From: a virus
Taxonomy: Duplodnaviria > Caudoviricetes
Length of the DNA: 37,168 nt
Direction: 5' to 3' (one strand)
IMG/VR virus record: IMGVR_UViG_3300035492_000143
Location: 1-37,168 of that record
Part shown: positions 1-8,316 of the stretch, piece after piece
Position numbering within the stretch: position 1 is the stretch's first letter
How the letters are laid out: every line of letters starts with the position of its first letter
Position numbers and translations under genes: made by a program
The notes under the pieces: generated by a model
Database searches by the model: none
What the model was told of the DNA's origin: nothing
The model's input: the letters and a program-made list of their open reading frames with translations, nothing else

Positions 1-122
1 TAGGAATGGCCGCTGAGCACTGAACATATAGCCAAAAATGTCCGAAAACACGATTAAGCGGCGCCAGAATTGATCAAAAAACAAACATGGCTGTTGAAGT
101 CTGTCAGATTTTCAACAGCCTG
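1..122 (+). mobile_element. IS5-family insertion sequence, right end (partial)
   Basis: Ends ...TTTTCAACAGCCTG (122), the inverted complement of CAGGCTGTTGA at 37047, and is followed by TTAA (123-126). A possible transposase C-terminus (..GMAAEH*) ends at 23. Confidence 0.8.
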
Positions 123-551
123 TTAAGCAATCTCTTGCCGCTGCAGCAGCAGATCAATAAACCGCACGCCAAGATACTCCCGCCCCGTCCGAAGCTCATT
201 CTTGAACTTGATCTCCGTGATCCCCAGAGACTCCGCTTTCTGCGCCCGGGGCCTTCGATCCGTGTGATCACAGATCACGACCTCATAGCGCAGCGGGTTG
301 GCTCGATACAACTCCGAGAACCCTGCCTTGATCGTGTCGATGATCTGGGGCGCGTATCGTCCAGGCATTCGATCAACCAGCGCAACCATCATCGCATCAT
401 GAGAACCACCACCGCCTCCGCTGGCGATGAGGCCCTGATTCTTGTGCAGTTCTGACATCACAGACCTGTAGCCGGTTGACGCAACCATATCGCGCAAGTC
501 ATCTGCATTGCAGCCCGTTACATAAATGTGAATCAGATCATCCAAGTCCAT
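123..551 (-). CDS. Probable late antiterminator Q-like protein
   Basis: Lies directly after rusA and, on the circle, before the late/lysis region. C-terminal HTH-like segment (KAESLGITEIKFKNELRTGREYL). Start re-assigned to ATG 551 with GAGAGG upstream; the stop TAA lies in the IS target TTAA. Confidence 0.6.
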   Translation of the reverse strand: MDLDDLIHIYVTGCNADDLRDMVASTGYRSVMSELHKNQGLIASGGGGGSHDAMMVALVDRMPGRYAPQIIDTIKAGFSELYRANPLRYEVVICDHTDRRPRAQKAESLGITEIKFKNELRTGREYLGVRFIDLLLQRQEIA

Positions 552-555
552 CCTC

Positions 556-1002
556 TCAGCCCCTCCCCTGCGCCGGCTCTGCATCCACCGGCGAAATCTT
601 CACCCGCACCTGCGGATCCTCGGCATACCGCTTGGTCAGAAACACATCCACCACTTGTGTATCATCCCGCCAGGCCACACCGTTGAGCGCATCGCACACC
701 GCCTTGAGGCAGTTATCCGCGTCACACTTCACCGTCGGCATGATGTAACCGGTCAGTGCCTTCTCACGCCTCTTCTTCGACCACGACTTCGGTACCGCAT
801 GCAGCATGGTCATCTGCAGCAGTACAGGGCCCTGCAGTGGCTGGATGCTGCCCTTCTCCATCGCCTGCTGTGCCGCCAGCGAAATCAGGCTTTCATACGC
901 CACGGTCTTCTGCGGGGTGAACATTCGAGCGTGGCCGCCAACACGCCCCACACGCGGACGCCCTTTGCCCTGCGGGTTGCCGGGAACGATGAACTCGATC
1001 AT
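556..1002 (-). CDS. rusA: RusA family Holliday junction resolvase
   Basis: PQGKGRPR N-terminus and the KCDADNCLKAVCDALNGVAWRDDTQVV catalytic motif; ATGA-coupled start at 1002. Confidence 0.9.
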   Translation of the reverse strand: MIEFIVPGNPQGKGRPRVGRVGGHARMFTPQKTVAYESLISLAAQQAMEKGSIQPLQGPVLLQMTMLHAVPKSWSKKRREKALTGYIMPTVKCDADNCLKAVCDALNGVAWRDDTQVVDVFLTKRYAEDPQVRVKISPVDAEPAQGRG

Positions 1003-1514
1003 GCTGCCTCCATCGCTGTATTGCTTATAAAAACACCGCGATCGCTCATGCGCTCCAATGCAGAGGCACACTCACTACCCCATGCAAACATCACCGTACC
1101 TGCGCCGCTCCGGCTCTTTTTGTGCTGGTTCTCCCGGCCGGGTACAAAATCGATCCGGCCTTGAACAAACAGCATCGCCGTTGCGGACCTCATGGCCGCT
1201 TGGCACCAACTGGCATCTGTCCGACTGAATACCAATGCAACACCATTTCCGTGTGCAATCATGCGATTCATCCACTGTGGCGTCTCTTTCCCATATGGCG
1301 GGTTAAGCCACACACGCCCGTGCCACTCTTTGCTGAGCCCATCATCGAAAATGGTGTATTTGGTGGTCGCCGGTACCGCCGTTACCATGTCGTGGGGACT
1401 GGACGGGTCCAGATCGAACTGCAATCCGAGTTCGTCAAACACCCATGCAGGCGTGTACCACTCAACGCTTTTAATCGGCGATCGCACCACTTCTGTTCCA
1501 AACAAGCCACTCAT
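999..1514 (-). CDS. Phage DNA N6-adenine methyltransferase
   Basis: EWYTP, FDLDP and VWLNPPY motifs plus GRIDF, typical of phage Dam-like MTases; start re-assigned to 1514. Confidence 0.88.
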   Translation of the reverse strand: MSGLFGTEVVRSPIKSVEWYTPAWVFDELGLQFDLDPSSPHDMVTAVPATTKYTIFDDGLSKEWHGRVWLNPPYGKETPQWMNRMIAHGNGVALVFSRTDASWCQAAMRSATAMLFVQGRIDFVPGRENQHKKSRSGAGTVMFAWGSECASALERMSDRGVFISNTAMEAA

Positions 1515-1999
1515 GCCGCCGACCTCCCCTGCGTCGCTTCCCGGTATTCCTGGTACACAGCCAGTGCCGGCTCGCTCCAGTTCACTCTCATCTCGCAACC
1601 TTGCGCATACAGAAACTCAATGAACTCGGCCGCCTCATGCTTTCGGAACTGTGTCGTGCTTGGCCGAACGGTGATGGTGCGCCGTCCATCCATGCTGGTG
1701 ATCAGCTGGCCGGGATGCGTCAGTGGTTCACCCATACCCAGCTTTTCCTGCTCAAATTGGTCAACGAGCAATGCTTTCCAGACCTCCGGCGCATAGGTCT
1801 TTGTACCGAAGAACGTCACCTGCTTGGCGATATCGTTGATCATGCAGTGATATTTCTTCTCCATTTCACGGGTCTTGCTCTCCCGTGTCAGGGTTATCAC
1901 CACCGGCCCACCCTTGATCATCTCGGTGACCATCTGCCAGACGCGCATCATCAGCGGTCGCTGCTGCTCGCCTGTCCGGATCGTGATTGAGTTAGCCAT
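1511..1999 (-). CDS. ninB: NinB/Orf family recombination protein
   Basis: KTREMEKKYHCMINDIAKQV ... STTQF..EAAEFIEFLYAQGCE..VNWS pattern; nin-region position after the helicase. Confidence 0.8.
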   Translation of the reverse strand: MANSITIRTGEQQRPLMMRVWQMVTEMIKGGPVVITLTRESKTREMEKKYHCMINDIAKQVTFFGTKTYAPEVWKALLVDQFEQEKLGMGEPLTHPGQLITSMDGRRTITVRPSTTQFRKHEAAEFIEFLYAQGCEMRVNWSEPALAVYQEYREATQGRSAA

Positions 2000-2213
2000 C
2001 TCGATACCTCCGCAGCAGGTGGATCGGGATAATCACCGCCTCCAAATTGTTGTAGCGGGTCACGCCGCAGACTGTCCGATTATTCAGCACCTCACCGATA
2101 CCACCACCGGTCAGATCGCCGACGCTGATTTTGTTGGTGACAGCCTGCTGGATGATTTCCTCGACCAGCTTGAGCTTCTGTTCCAGCTCATGGATACGCG
2201 CTTCAGTGCTCAT
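1992..2213 (-). CDS. Hypothetical phage protein
   Basis: Overlaps both neighbours in a coupled operon; GGGGG upstream. Confidence 0.6.
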   Translation of the reverse strand: MSTEARIHELEQKLKLVEEIIQQAVTNKISVGDLTGGGIGEVLNNRTVCGVTRYNNLEAVIIPIHLLRRYRDG

Positions 2214-3631
2214 TCAAACCCCCTTTGTGCTGGCACCTGCTGCTGAGGTGGTTCCGGCATGCGAGACAAATTATCAAATCGGTTTTGTGCGCCGAGGAAC
2301 GCCAGATAGTCGGTGCCCACCTCTCCGTCCCTGAACTTCGTGGTAATCGCTTCAGCCAGCCCCTTGTTGCGCTCGCTCGACTCGTTGTAGACCTCATCGC
2401 GGTACAACATGGTGATGATGTCGGCATCCTGCTCGATCTGACCGGACTCACGCAGATCGGAGTTCATGGGTCGCTTATCGTTGCGCTCCTCGCACTTACG
2501 GGACAGCTGGCTCAGGCACAGCACGACACAGCCCAGCTCCTTGGCCAGAGCTTTCAGCTTTCGGGAAACAGCGGACACCACTTGGAATCGGTCGCGCTCA
2601 GTGCGGTCAGTCATCAGCTGCAGATAATCCACGATGATCAGATCCACCGGTTTACGCTTGTGAGCCACTCGAGCCCTACTGCGAAGATCAGCGATATCCA
2701 GAGAGCCGGTGTCATCAATCAGCATGCTCGACTGGATCAGACGCCGAGCAGTGACCGTCAGGCTCTGGCTGTGATCCATATCACTCAGCACACTGGCATC
2801 CTTCAGGCGGCTCAGAGGCATGTGCCCCACAGACGCCATCAGGCGCTGCACCAACTGACGGCGCGGCATCTCAAGCGAGAAAACCAAGGTCTGCTTGTTC
2901 TGCATGGCGACATGAGCGCCGATCCCGAGCGCCATGGTGGTTTTGCCCATCGCTGGCCGTGCGGCCAGTATCACCAGATCGCCTGGCTTCCAGCCCTGAT
3001 ACCGAGCATCCAAACGCTCAAGGCCGGTGGTCAGGCCGTGAATGCCTGGGTTCTCGAAACGCCACTCCAGAAAATCAACGTAGTCCTTCACAGCCTCGGT
3101 CATGCCAACCAAGTGATTGGCATCAGAAGCCGACTCAGCGGTGATATCGGCCAGCAGCGAATTGGCCCGCTCAATACGCTCCAAGGCCTCACCATCACCT
3201 GACTGCATCAACTCAAGTGCCGTGCGCAGGCGCTGGCACGCTATCCGCTCCATCGACCTCTCGCGGATCACCTTGGCATAGGCCTTGAGGTTGCGAGCAC
3301 TCGGCGTGTTCCGGGCCAGATTGACGAGGTAGGTCAGGCGATCAGCAGGGCTGAGGTGCTTGGTATCCAGCAGCTCGGAAAGGATCACCGCATCGAATGG
3401 CTCGCGGGTGCCCATGCGTTTCAGAATCAGCGCGTACACATCCTGGTGCAGGCCGGAGTAGAAATCCTCTGGTTGCAGCATGTCGGCTACGTCTTGCGCG
3501 TCCACAGCATCTGGGTTACCCGTCATCAGCAGCGCGCCCAGTACCGCCTGCTCTGCTTCCATGCTGTATGCCGGCGCAGCACCCGCCATCTCCAGCTGCT
3601 CGTAGCTGTAATCGTACTCAGGGCTTGTCAT
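2210..3631 (-). CDS. dnaB: Replicative DNA helicase, DnaB family
   Basis: EAEQAVLGALL, Walker A AARPAMGKT, FSLEM, IVDYLQLM, LSQLSR, SDLRESGQIEQDAD. Confidence 0.95.
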   Translation of the reverse strand: MTSPEYDYSYEQLEMAGAAPAYSMEAEQAVLGALLMTGNPDAVDAQDVADMLQPEDFYSGLHQDVYALILKRMGTREPFDAVILSELLDTKHLSPADRLTYLVNLARNTPSARNLKAYAKVIRERSMERIACQRLRTALELMQSGDGEALERIERANSLLADITAESASDANHLVGMTEAVKDYVDFLEWRFENPGIHGLTTGLERLDARYQGWKPGDLVILAARPAMGKTTMALGIGAHVAMQNKQTLVFSLEMPRRQLVQRLMASVGHMPLSRLKDASVLSDMDHSQSLTVTARRLIQSSMLIDDTGSLDIADLRSRARVAHKRKPVDLIIVDYLQLMTDRTERDRFQVVSAVSRKLKALAKELGCVVLCLSQLSRKCEERNDKRPMNSDLRESGQIEQDADIITMLYRDEVYNESSERNKGLAEAITTKFRDGEVGTDYLAFLGAQNRFDNLSRMPEPPQQQVPAQRGFE

Positions 3632-4577
3632 GGAACTTGCCCTCCTTGGTCTTCAGGTAATTCTCCTGCTTGACCACCCACTCCAGGCAAAACGGCCGGC
3701 ACTTGGTCATCAGGAAATCAGACTTGCGCAGATACTCGAAAAACGACCGCCACCAAGCCATCCCGCTCTCCCGATCGGTGTACAGGGGTGTGACGCCATC
3801 GCGTTTCATGGTCGTGAAACCAGCCTTCCAACGAGCCGCCAGCGCTTTGTACCCCGCTCGGCCAGATCTCCACTCACTGGGGTTGTGCTGGACAGTCTCC
3901 GGAATCACCTCTGCCCAAAGAGCCAGCAACTCACGGTGAGGGCATGACGGATATCGAGATGATTTTTCCGCCGACGCAGAGCGTGTCGAATCGCCAGATT
4001 CGCACTCTTCTCCGTAAGGAGAAGTATATTTATTGTCTTCTTGTATACGTGTTGCTTCGGTGTGTTGCTGGTGTGTTGGTTGGTGTGTTGCGCTCTCGCT
4101 CAAAGCCGCGTGATTGCTGGCCTCTGGCGTGTTGGCTGGTGTGTTGATTTGGTGTGTTGCTGGTGTGTTGGAAAAATCGCCTTTTTTGCCCTGATAAGCG
4201 GCATATTTGACGACTGAAAATACAGTCCCAGCACGGTTCGAGGTGTCGCGTGTGATCATGCCCTCACGCTCGAAATACTCAATGCTGGTCCGTACTCGCT
4301 GGAAAGACACGCCTGTCTCATCCGAAAGCTCACGGAGCCCCGATACAAACTGCCCTGACTGCAACTCAATCGTCTGACCGCCGACTATCGTCTTGTGGGG
4401 CTTGTGTGAAGCCTCCAGCAGCATATGCACCCACAGCGCGAACCGATCAGGATCCCGCTTGAAGGCGCAGTCCTGAATGCGCCTGGACAGCTTGATGTAA
4501 CCACCGTCCAGAACCTCCTCACCACCGGCCTGATTTCGCTTCATACGCGCCTGCTGAATTGATACCACGTTACCCAC
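3618..4577 (-). CDS. Phage replication initiator (lambda O-like)
   Basis: N-terminal winged-HTH (GYIKLSR...GQFVSGLRELSDETG), internal iterons, C-terminal LEWVVKQENYLKTKEGKF; sits upstream of the helicase. Confidence 0.85.
   Translation of the reverse strand: MGNVVSIQQARMKRNQAGGEEVLDGGYIKLSRRIQDCAFKRDPDRFALWVHMLLEASHKPHKTIVGGQTIELQSGQFVSGLRELSDETGVSFQRVRTSIEYFEREGMITRDTSNRAGTVFSVVKYAAYQGKKGDFSNTPATHQINTPANTPEASNHAALSESATHQPTHQQHTEATRIQEDNKYTSPYGEECESGDSTRSASAEKSSRYPSCPHRELLALWAEVIPETVQHNPSEWRSGRAGYKALAARWKAGFTTMKRDGVTPLYTDRESGMAWWRSFFEYLRKSDFLMTKCRPFCLEWVVKQENYLKTKEGKFHDKP
4049..4170. repeat. Replication-origin iterons (GGTGTGTTG-type, about 8 copies)
   Basis: GGTGTGTTG at 4059, 4070, 4082, 4138, 4151 and 4162, with variants at 4049 and 4126; AT-rich stretch adjacent at 4022-4048; located inside the initiator gene as in lambda ori. 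Confidence 0.8.
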
Positions 4578-4773
4578 GGCAACCTCCTATGCGGCGCTCC
4601 ATCCGCTCGATTTGCCCCGGGGATCGTGTCGACTGAAGACGGCGAACATGATCCATTGCGCAACACGCACCTGAGCGATCACCAGCCTTTACAGCCAGAA
4701 CCGCGCGGCGGCTGTACTGACGTATACGCCACTCCAACCACCAGTCCTTGAATCTTTGTCTGATCTGGAACAT
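4570..4773 (-). CDS. Hypothetical basic phage protein
   Basis: MFQIRQRF... with CAGGAG RBS; overlaps the start of the initiator gene. Confidence 0.6.
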   Translation of the reverse strand: MFQIRQRFKDWWLEWRIRQYSRRAVLAVKAGDRSGACCAMDHVRRLQSTRSPGQIERMERRIGGCRG

Positions 4774-4790
4774 ACTCAGCTCCTGTGTGA

Positions 4791-4838
4791 GAACCCCGGT
4801 GTTTGCTGCCCAGCAAAGGTGCACCGGGGTTTTCTTTT
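4791..4838 (+). terminator. Intrinsic terminator antisense to the replication operon (position of lambda tOOP)
   Basis: GAACCCCGGTG...CACCGGGGTT stem followed by TTCTTTT. Confidence 0.6.
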
Positions 4839-5366
4839 GCCTGAAATTCGGTGCCGGTTACGCCATCCGGCGGGGCTTATGGCAGTCTGTACTGTGCCCC
4901 CGCGGTTCCGGTTCCGAGTCTCACGACTGGGGCCGTCCTTGCTGCTTAACCCTGCAGCGGGGAGATCGCGGATCACCTCCTATCGGCGGTTGCCTGCGAT
5001 TCATACAACTGAACAGCACCCTCATTCCCTGCCTGCGGGCCAGGAAAAATACCCAGCGGCCGAAGGTGCTGTTCGGTTGATGCCCGTCTTTCCGGGCTGT
5101 CCGCGACCCTACTCACCACCGGCGCAACCTGACTGTTGCCGTATTACCTGTGTTTTCAGGAGACCGCCCGGGTAAAGGAGTGAAACCCCGTCGATCTGCT
5201 GCTGCCTGGTTTTTTCATGTCTGGCCACCGACTTCACAGCTATTCGCCAGTCGGCATATATCCCCTGCCGCCGGGTCGCTCACCTGCATTTAGTGCGCCC
5301 GACAATCCCGCCGGGCTAAGCTGGATCTCCTGTCAGCTTTCTTCAGCACCCTCAGTGAAGGCGCTC

Positions 5367-5398
5367 AAAAAAGGACCGGCGAAAGGGAGAAGCCGGTC
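5367..5398 (-). terminator. Intrinsic terminator after cro (tR1-like)
   Basis: On the minus strand: GACCGGC-loop-GCCGGTC followed by CTTTTTT. Confidence 0.7.
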
Positions 5399-5403
5399 AA
5401 GGC

Positions 5404-5490
5404 TCAGCGCGACTGTATGAATCCACACCCCAGCCAACAGATAAAAATTACCGACCCGAACAGCGATACTGGGTCCAGATCGGGGGTCAT
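5404..5490 (-). CDS. Putative 28-aa hydrophobic peptide coupled to cro
   Basis: ATG overlaps the cro stop (ATGA); translates MTPDLDPVSLFGSVIFICWLGCGFIQSR; ends just before the terminator. Confidence 0.4.
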   Translation of the reverse strand: MTPDLDPVSLFGSVIFICWLGCGFIQSR

Positions 5491-5681
5491 GCGGCTGAGA
5501 CCTGGCTCTGCTTTTTTTCCGATACCGTTAGCAGCCCATTGGAAAGCTCTTGAATTTGGTACTGACGCAAAAGAGGTATTCCATCCTCAGGCCACTGGCG
5601 CACAGCCTCGTAAGTAATATCGAGTGCGCGGGCCAACTCAGGAATACCGCCGAAATATTTGATTGCCTCGGAACGTGTCAT
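5487..5681 (-). CDS. cro: Cro-like repressor
   Basis: MTRSEAIKYFGGIPELARALDITYEAVRQW...IPLLRQYQIQELSNG is a typical Cro HTH; divergent from cI. Confidence 0.9.
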   Translation of the reverse strand: MTRSEAIKYFGGIPELARALDITYEAVRQWPEDGIPLLRQYQIQELSNGLLTVSEKKQSQVSAA

Positions 5682-5707
5682 GGTGCTCTCCACTGAACTT
5701 GGACAAA

Positions 5708-5758
5708 TTCAAGCATGCTTGAACATTTAATGCAAGCATGCTTCACAAGCACACTTGT
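5708..5758. promoter_or_regulatory. Right operator triplet (OR)
   Basis: TTCAAGCATGCTTGAA (5708-5723, perfect palindrome), CAAGCATGCTTC (5733-5744) and ACAAGCACACTTGT (5745-5758); consensus CAAG-N4-CTTG. Confidence 0.85.
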
Positions 5759-5769
5759 ATATTCGCCTT

Positions 5770-6498
5770 ATGACTACAATTGACCGAATCCAAGAATTGC
5801 TTGCACATCACGACATTCCAGAGCGTGGGATGAGGCGCGCCCTTCAGCGCACCTGCGGTATCAGTTACCAGGCTGTAAGCCAGTGGTTTACAGGTGAGAC
5901 TTCTAACATCAAGAATGAGCACCTTGCCGCAATAGCTCAGGAATACAGCAGCACTCTGGACTGGTTGATTTCAGGGAAAGGCGACATGATCGTCGGACAG
6001 CAAAAGGCTACTACCCCACCCCCAGAAAACCACACCCAGCTTGGCGTAAACGTGGCGCCAGACTGGACGACAGCTCAGGTACCGATCATGGATCAGGCAT
6101 TTTCAGCCGGCCAAGGCGCTGCAGCTGAGAAGCTGGAAGACTTCGTGGATGGCTTCAAAGACATCAGCCACTCTGATCTGACTGCACTCAACATCCAGCC
6201 GAGTAATGCACGCATCATCAAGATTCGCGGCGACTCCATGTGGTCAACGCTGTGGGATGGTGATGAGGTGCTGGCTGATACCTACGTGCCCCGCCTGATC
6301 AGCGGCAAGATCTATGCGTTTGAGTTCGATGGCGAGCTGAAGGTAAAGCGCTTCACCAAGAAGATGGATGGCAGCTGGCTGATCTCCAGCGACAACAAAG
6401 ACGATCCGGCCTACACCGACGAGGTGGTGTCGGCGCACAACGCCCAGCAGCTGCGGGTGATTGCTGAGGTTAAGAAGCTGGTTTCGCGGAATTTGTAA
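5770..6498 (+). CDS. cI: CI-like repressor (XRE HTH + S24 autopeptidase)
   Basis: CGISYQAVSQWFTG HTH; IRGDSM and VKR catalytic Ser/Lys motifs. TATATT (5758-5763) lies 6 nt before the ATG with no RBS, suggesting a leaderless mRNA. Confidence 0.93.
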   Translation: MTTIDRIQELLAHHDIPERGMRRALQRTCGISYQAVSQWFTGETSNIKNEHLAAIAQEYSSTLDWLISGKGDMIVGQQKATTPPPENHTQLGVNVAPDWTTAQVPIMDQAFSAGQGAAAEKLEDFVDGFKDISHSDLTALNIQPSNARIIKIRGDSMWSTLWDGDEVLADTYVPRLISGKIYAFEFDGELKVKRFTKKMDGSWLISSDNKDDPAYTDEVVSAHNAQQLRVIAEVKKLVSRNL

Positions 6499-6570
6499 AA
6501 CAACGCCACCAAAATTCACACCGGACGGTGTGCTGATCGCATTTAATCGAGTGACTCAAAAAGGATTAAC

Positions 6571-7461
6571 ATGATCGACACTTTCAGCATCAATGTTGAA
6601 TACGGTATCAAGTACACCACCAAAAACCCGGTGCCGATCCCTGAAATCATTGAGACTCTGGAAAGTTATGAAAGGATTCTAAAGCGCACAGGTCCGTTCA
6701 TCGAAAAGGCCTTTGCTGGAATCAAAATCATCGATACCAAAGTGCACATATCGTATATTGAATCCGGCAGTTTGATAGAGCACTTCTTGGTTGAGTATGT
6801 ATTCAAAGGCCAAGAGAACTATGATGAAGCCAAGAAGGTCTTCGACAAGTTGATGAAGGATAACGACGTGGTCAGGACTATCGTTGCCATGGGGGTGGGC
6901 GGCCTTATCGTATACGGGGTGACACAAGCGCTACCGTCAGGCAAGCCTGCCACCAACATTGAGGCGCACAACAACACAATCTTGAACTTCGGTGCAGACA
7001 TCGATTTTTCGTCTTCTGACTTTCAGGCAGCACTCAAGGCAGCAACCAAAGACAGGAAGGCGTTGGCGAAGGACGCTGTTGCAGCCGTTCGACCGGCGAA
7101 GTCTGACCCATCCGCAGAGATACAGATTGACGGAATGCCAGGGCTGAATCTCACTTCTGCGGCTATTCTTGAGGTGCCTGATGAGTACGCGCCGCCAGTG
7201 CCCAGTGAACGCACATCGAACTATGCGGGGGTCACGCTACTCATACACGCAAGCGATCGCGACAACAAAGACAAGGGATGGGCTGGCACAGTTGCTGGTA
7301 TCGTGTCCAGTCGCAAGCCGGTGGTCCTGGGTGATGGCATAGACCCAGAGGCTTTGCATGGCCGAACCAGTTTCAAAGCAAACATCACTGTACATGAGCG
7401 ATATTCAAAAAGGGATAAGCGCTACCTACCCCAGAGCATTGAGGTCTCTAGGGTCAACTGA
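6571..7461 (+). CDS. Hypothetical accessory protein downstream of cI
   Basis: 296-aa ORF with AAGGA RBS and one hydrophobic segment (TIVAMGVGGLIVYGV); no family recognised. Confidence 0.8.
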   Translation: MIDTFSINVEYGIKYTTKNPVPIPEIIETLESYERILKRTGPFIEKAFAGIKIIDTKVHISYIESGSLIEHFLVEYVFKGQENYDEAKKVFDKLMKDNDVVRTIVAMGVGGLIVYGVTQALPSGKPATNIEAHNNTILNFGADIDFSSSDFQAALKAATKDRKALAKDAVAAVRPAKSDPSAEIQIDGMPGLNLTSAAILEVPDEYAPPVPSERTSNYAGVTLLIHASDRDNKDKGWAGTVAGIVSSRKPVVLGDGIDPEALHGRTSFKANITVHERYSKRDKRYLPQSIEVSRVN

Positions 7462-7484
7462 CAGGCCCGATCAGCGCCGCATCC

Positions 7485-7514
7485 AAAAAACCCGCTCCGG
7501 CGGGTTCTTCGTTT
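7485..7514. terminator. Bidirectional intrinsic terminator
   Basis: AAAAAACCCGC-TCCG-GCGGGTTCTTCGTTT between convergent genes. Confidence 0.8.
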
Positions 7515-7605
7515 CTAGGGCCAGTGAAACCGCACTCCCCTACAGCACTAACTCCATCCCCATCACCGCATCCTCGCCCAGCAAACGCACGATCCAATCG
7601 ATAAG

Positions 7606-8310
7606 TCAGCCTGCAGGATCCAGCAGCTTAGCCTCGGTAATTTCAAGCCTTATTGCGCCAGCACCAGCCCACTCAGACGGCACTTTATCTGTAGCGTAGC
7701 GACTTTCCTTGATATAACCGGCACGCAGAGGTTTGCCATCATTGCCGGACCGGGCCGACAGAACTGGGTAAAAGGTGTGCTCAGCAACGATACTGCCGCT
7801 GGCGTCCTCGAAGTACACCGTTACATCAACGTCACTCAGGTCTTTGTTACCAAAGTTCCGTAGTTTGAAACCCACAACCGCTGTCGGCATACCCAGATAA
7901 TTCTCACCCCAACGCGACTCGATCTCATAAACCTCAACGTAAAGTTTGGCGTATCTCAGTGCTTCATCAGCCTTTTCCCTTCTCGCCTGCTCTGCTTCGC
8001 TCACCATTCGGTCATACGACTTGAAGCTATCATTTGCAGCTGATATGCCGCTGCCGATCGGCGCCAGGGTATACATCTGGATAACGAATGACAGCACGCA
8101 CACGAACACGCCAGCGCCTGGCATACCGAACGATTTTGATTTGATTCCGGCCAGTAAGCCTATACCGCCAAGCACCAAGCCAATAAGCGCAATCGGCAAG
8201 CTAAACAGCCCAATGATCGGCACCCAGCTCAGCAACAGGGCAAATACCCCGAGAATGAGTGCGGCCAACCCCAGGCCCCGGCTGAAGTCAGATTTTTGTT
8301 GACTCATCAC
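7606..8310 (-). CDS. Membrane protein (DUF4190-like TM region plus Ig-like/FxLYD-like extracytoplasmic domain)
   Basis: Three hydrophobic Gly-rich helices, then GFKLRNFGNKDLSDVDVTVYFEDASGSIV. Confidence 0.65.
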   Translation of the reverse strand: MMSQQKSDFSRGLGLAALILGVFALLLSWVPIIGLFSLPIALIGLVLGGIGLLAGIKSKSFGMPGAGVFVCVLSFVIQMYTLAPIGSGISAANDSFKSYDRMVSEAEQARREKADEALRYAKLYVEVYEIESRWGENYLGMPTAVVGFKLRNFGNKDLSDVDVTVYFEDASGSIVAEHTFYPVLSARSGNDGKPLRAGYIKESRYATDKVPSEWAGAGAIRLEITEAKLLDPAG

Positions 8311-8316
8311 GCGCCC

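Noticed and set aside
4049-4170. Short repeats as a CRISPR array or VNTR
   Set aside because: The 9-bp units have 2-4 bp gaps, no unique spacers and no cas genes; their location in the initiator gene fits iterons.
4780-5400. CsrB/RsmZ-like GGA sponge RNA partnering the phage CsrA
   Set aside because: GGA triplets are present but not obviously above chance and mostly not in hairpin loops.
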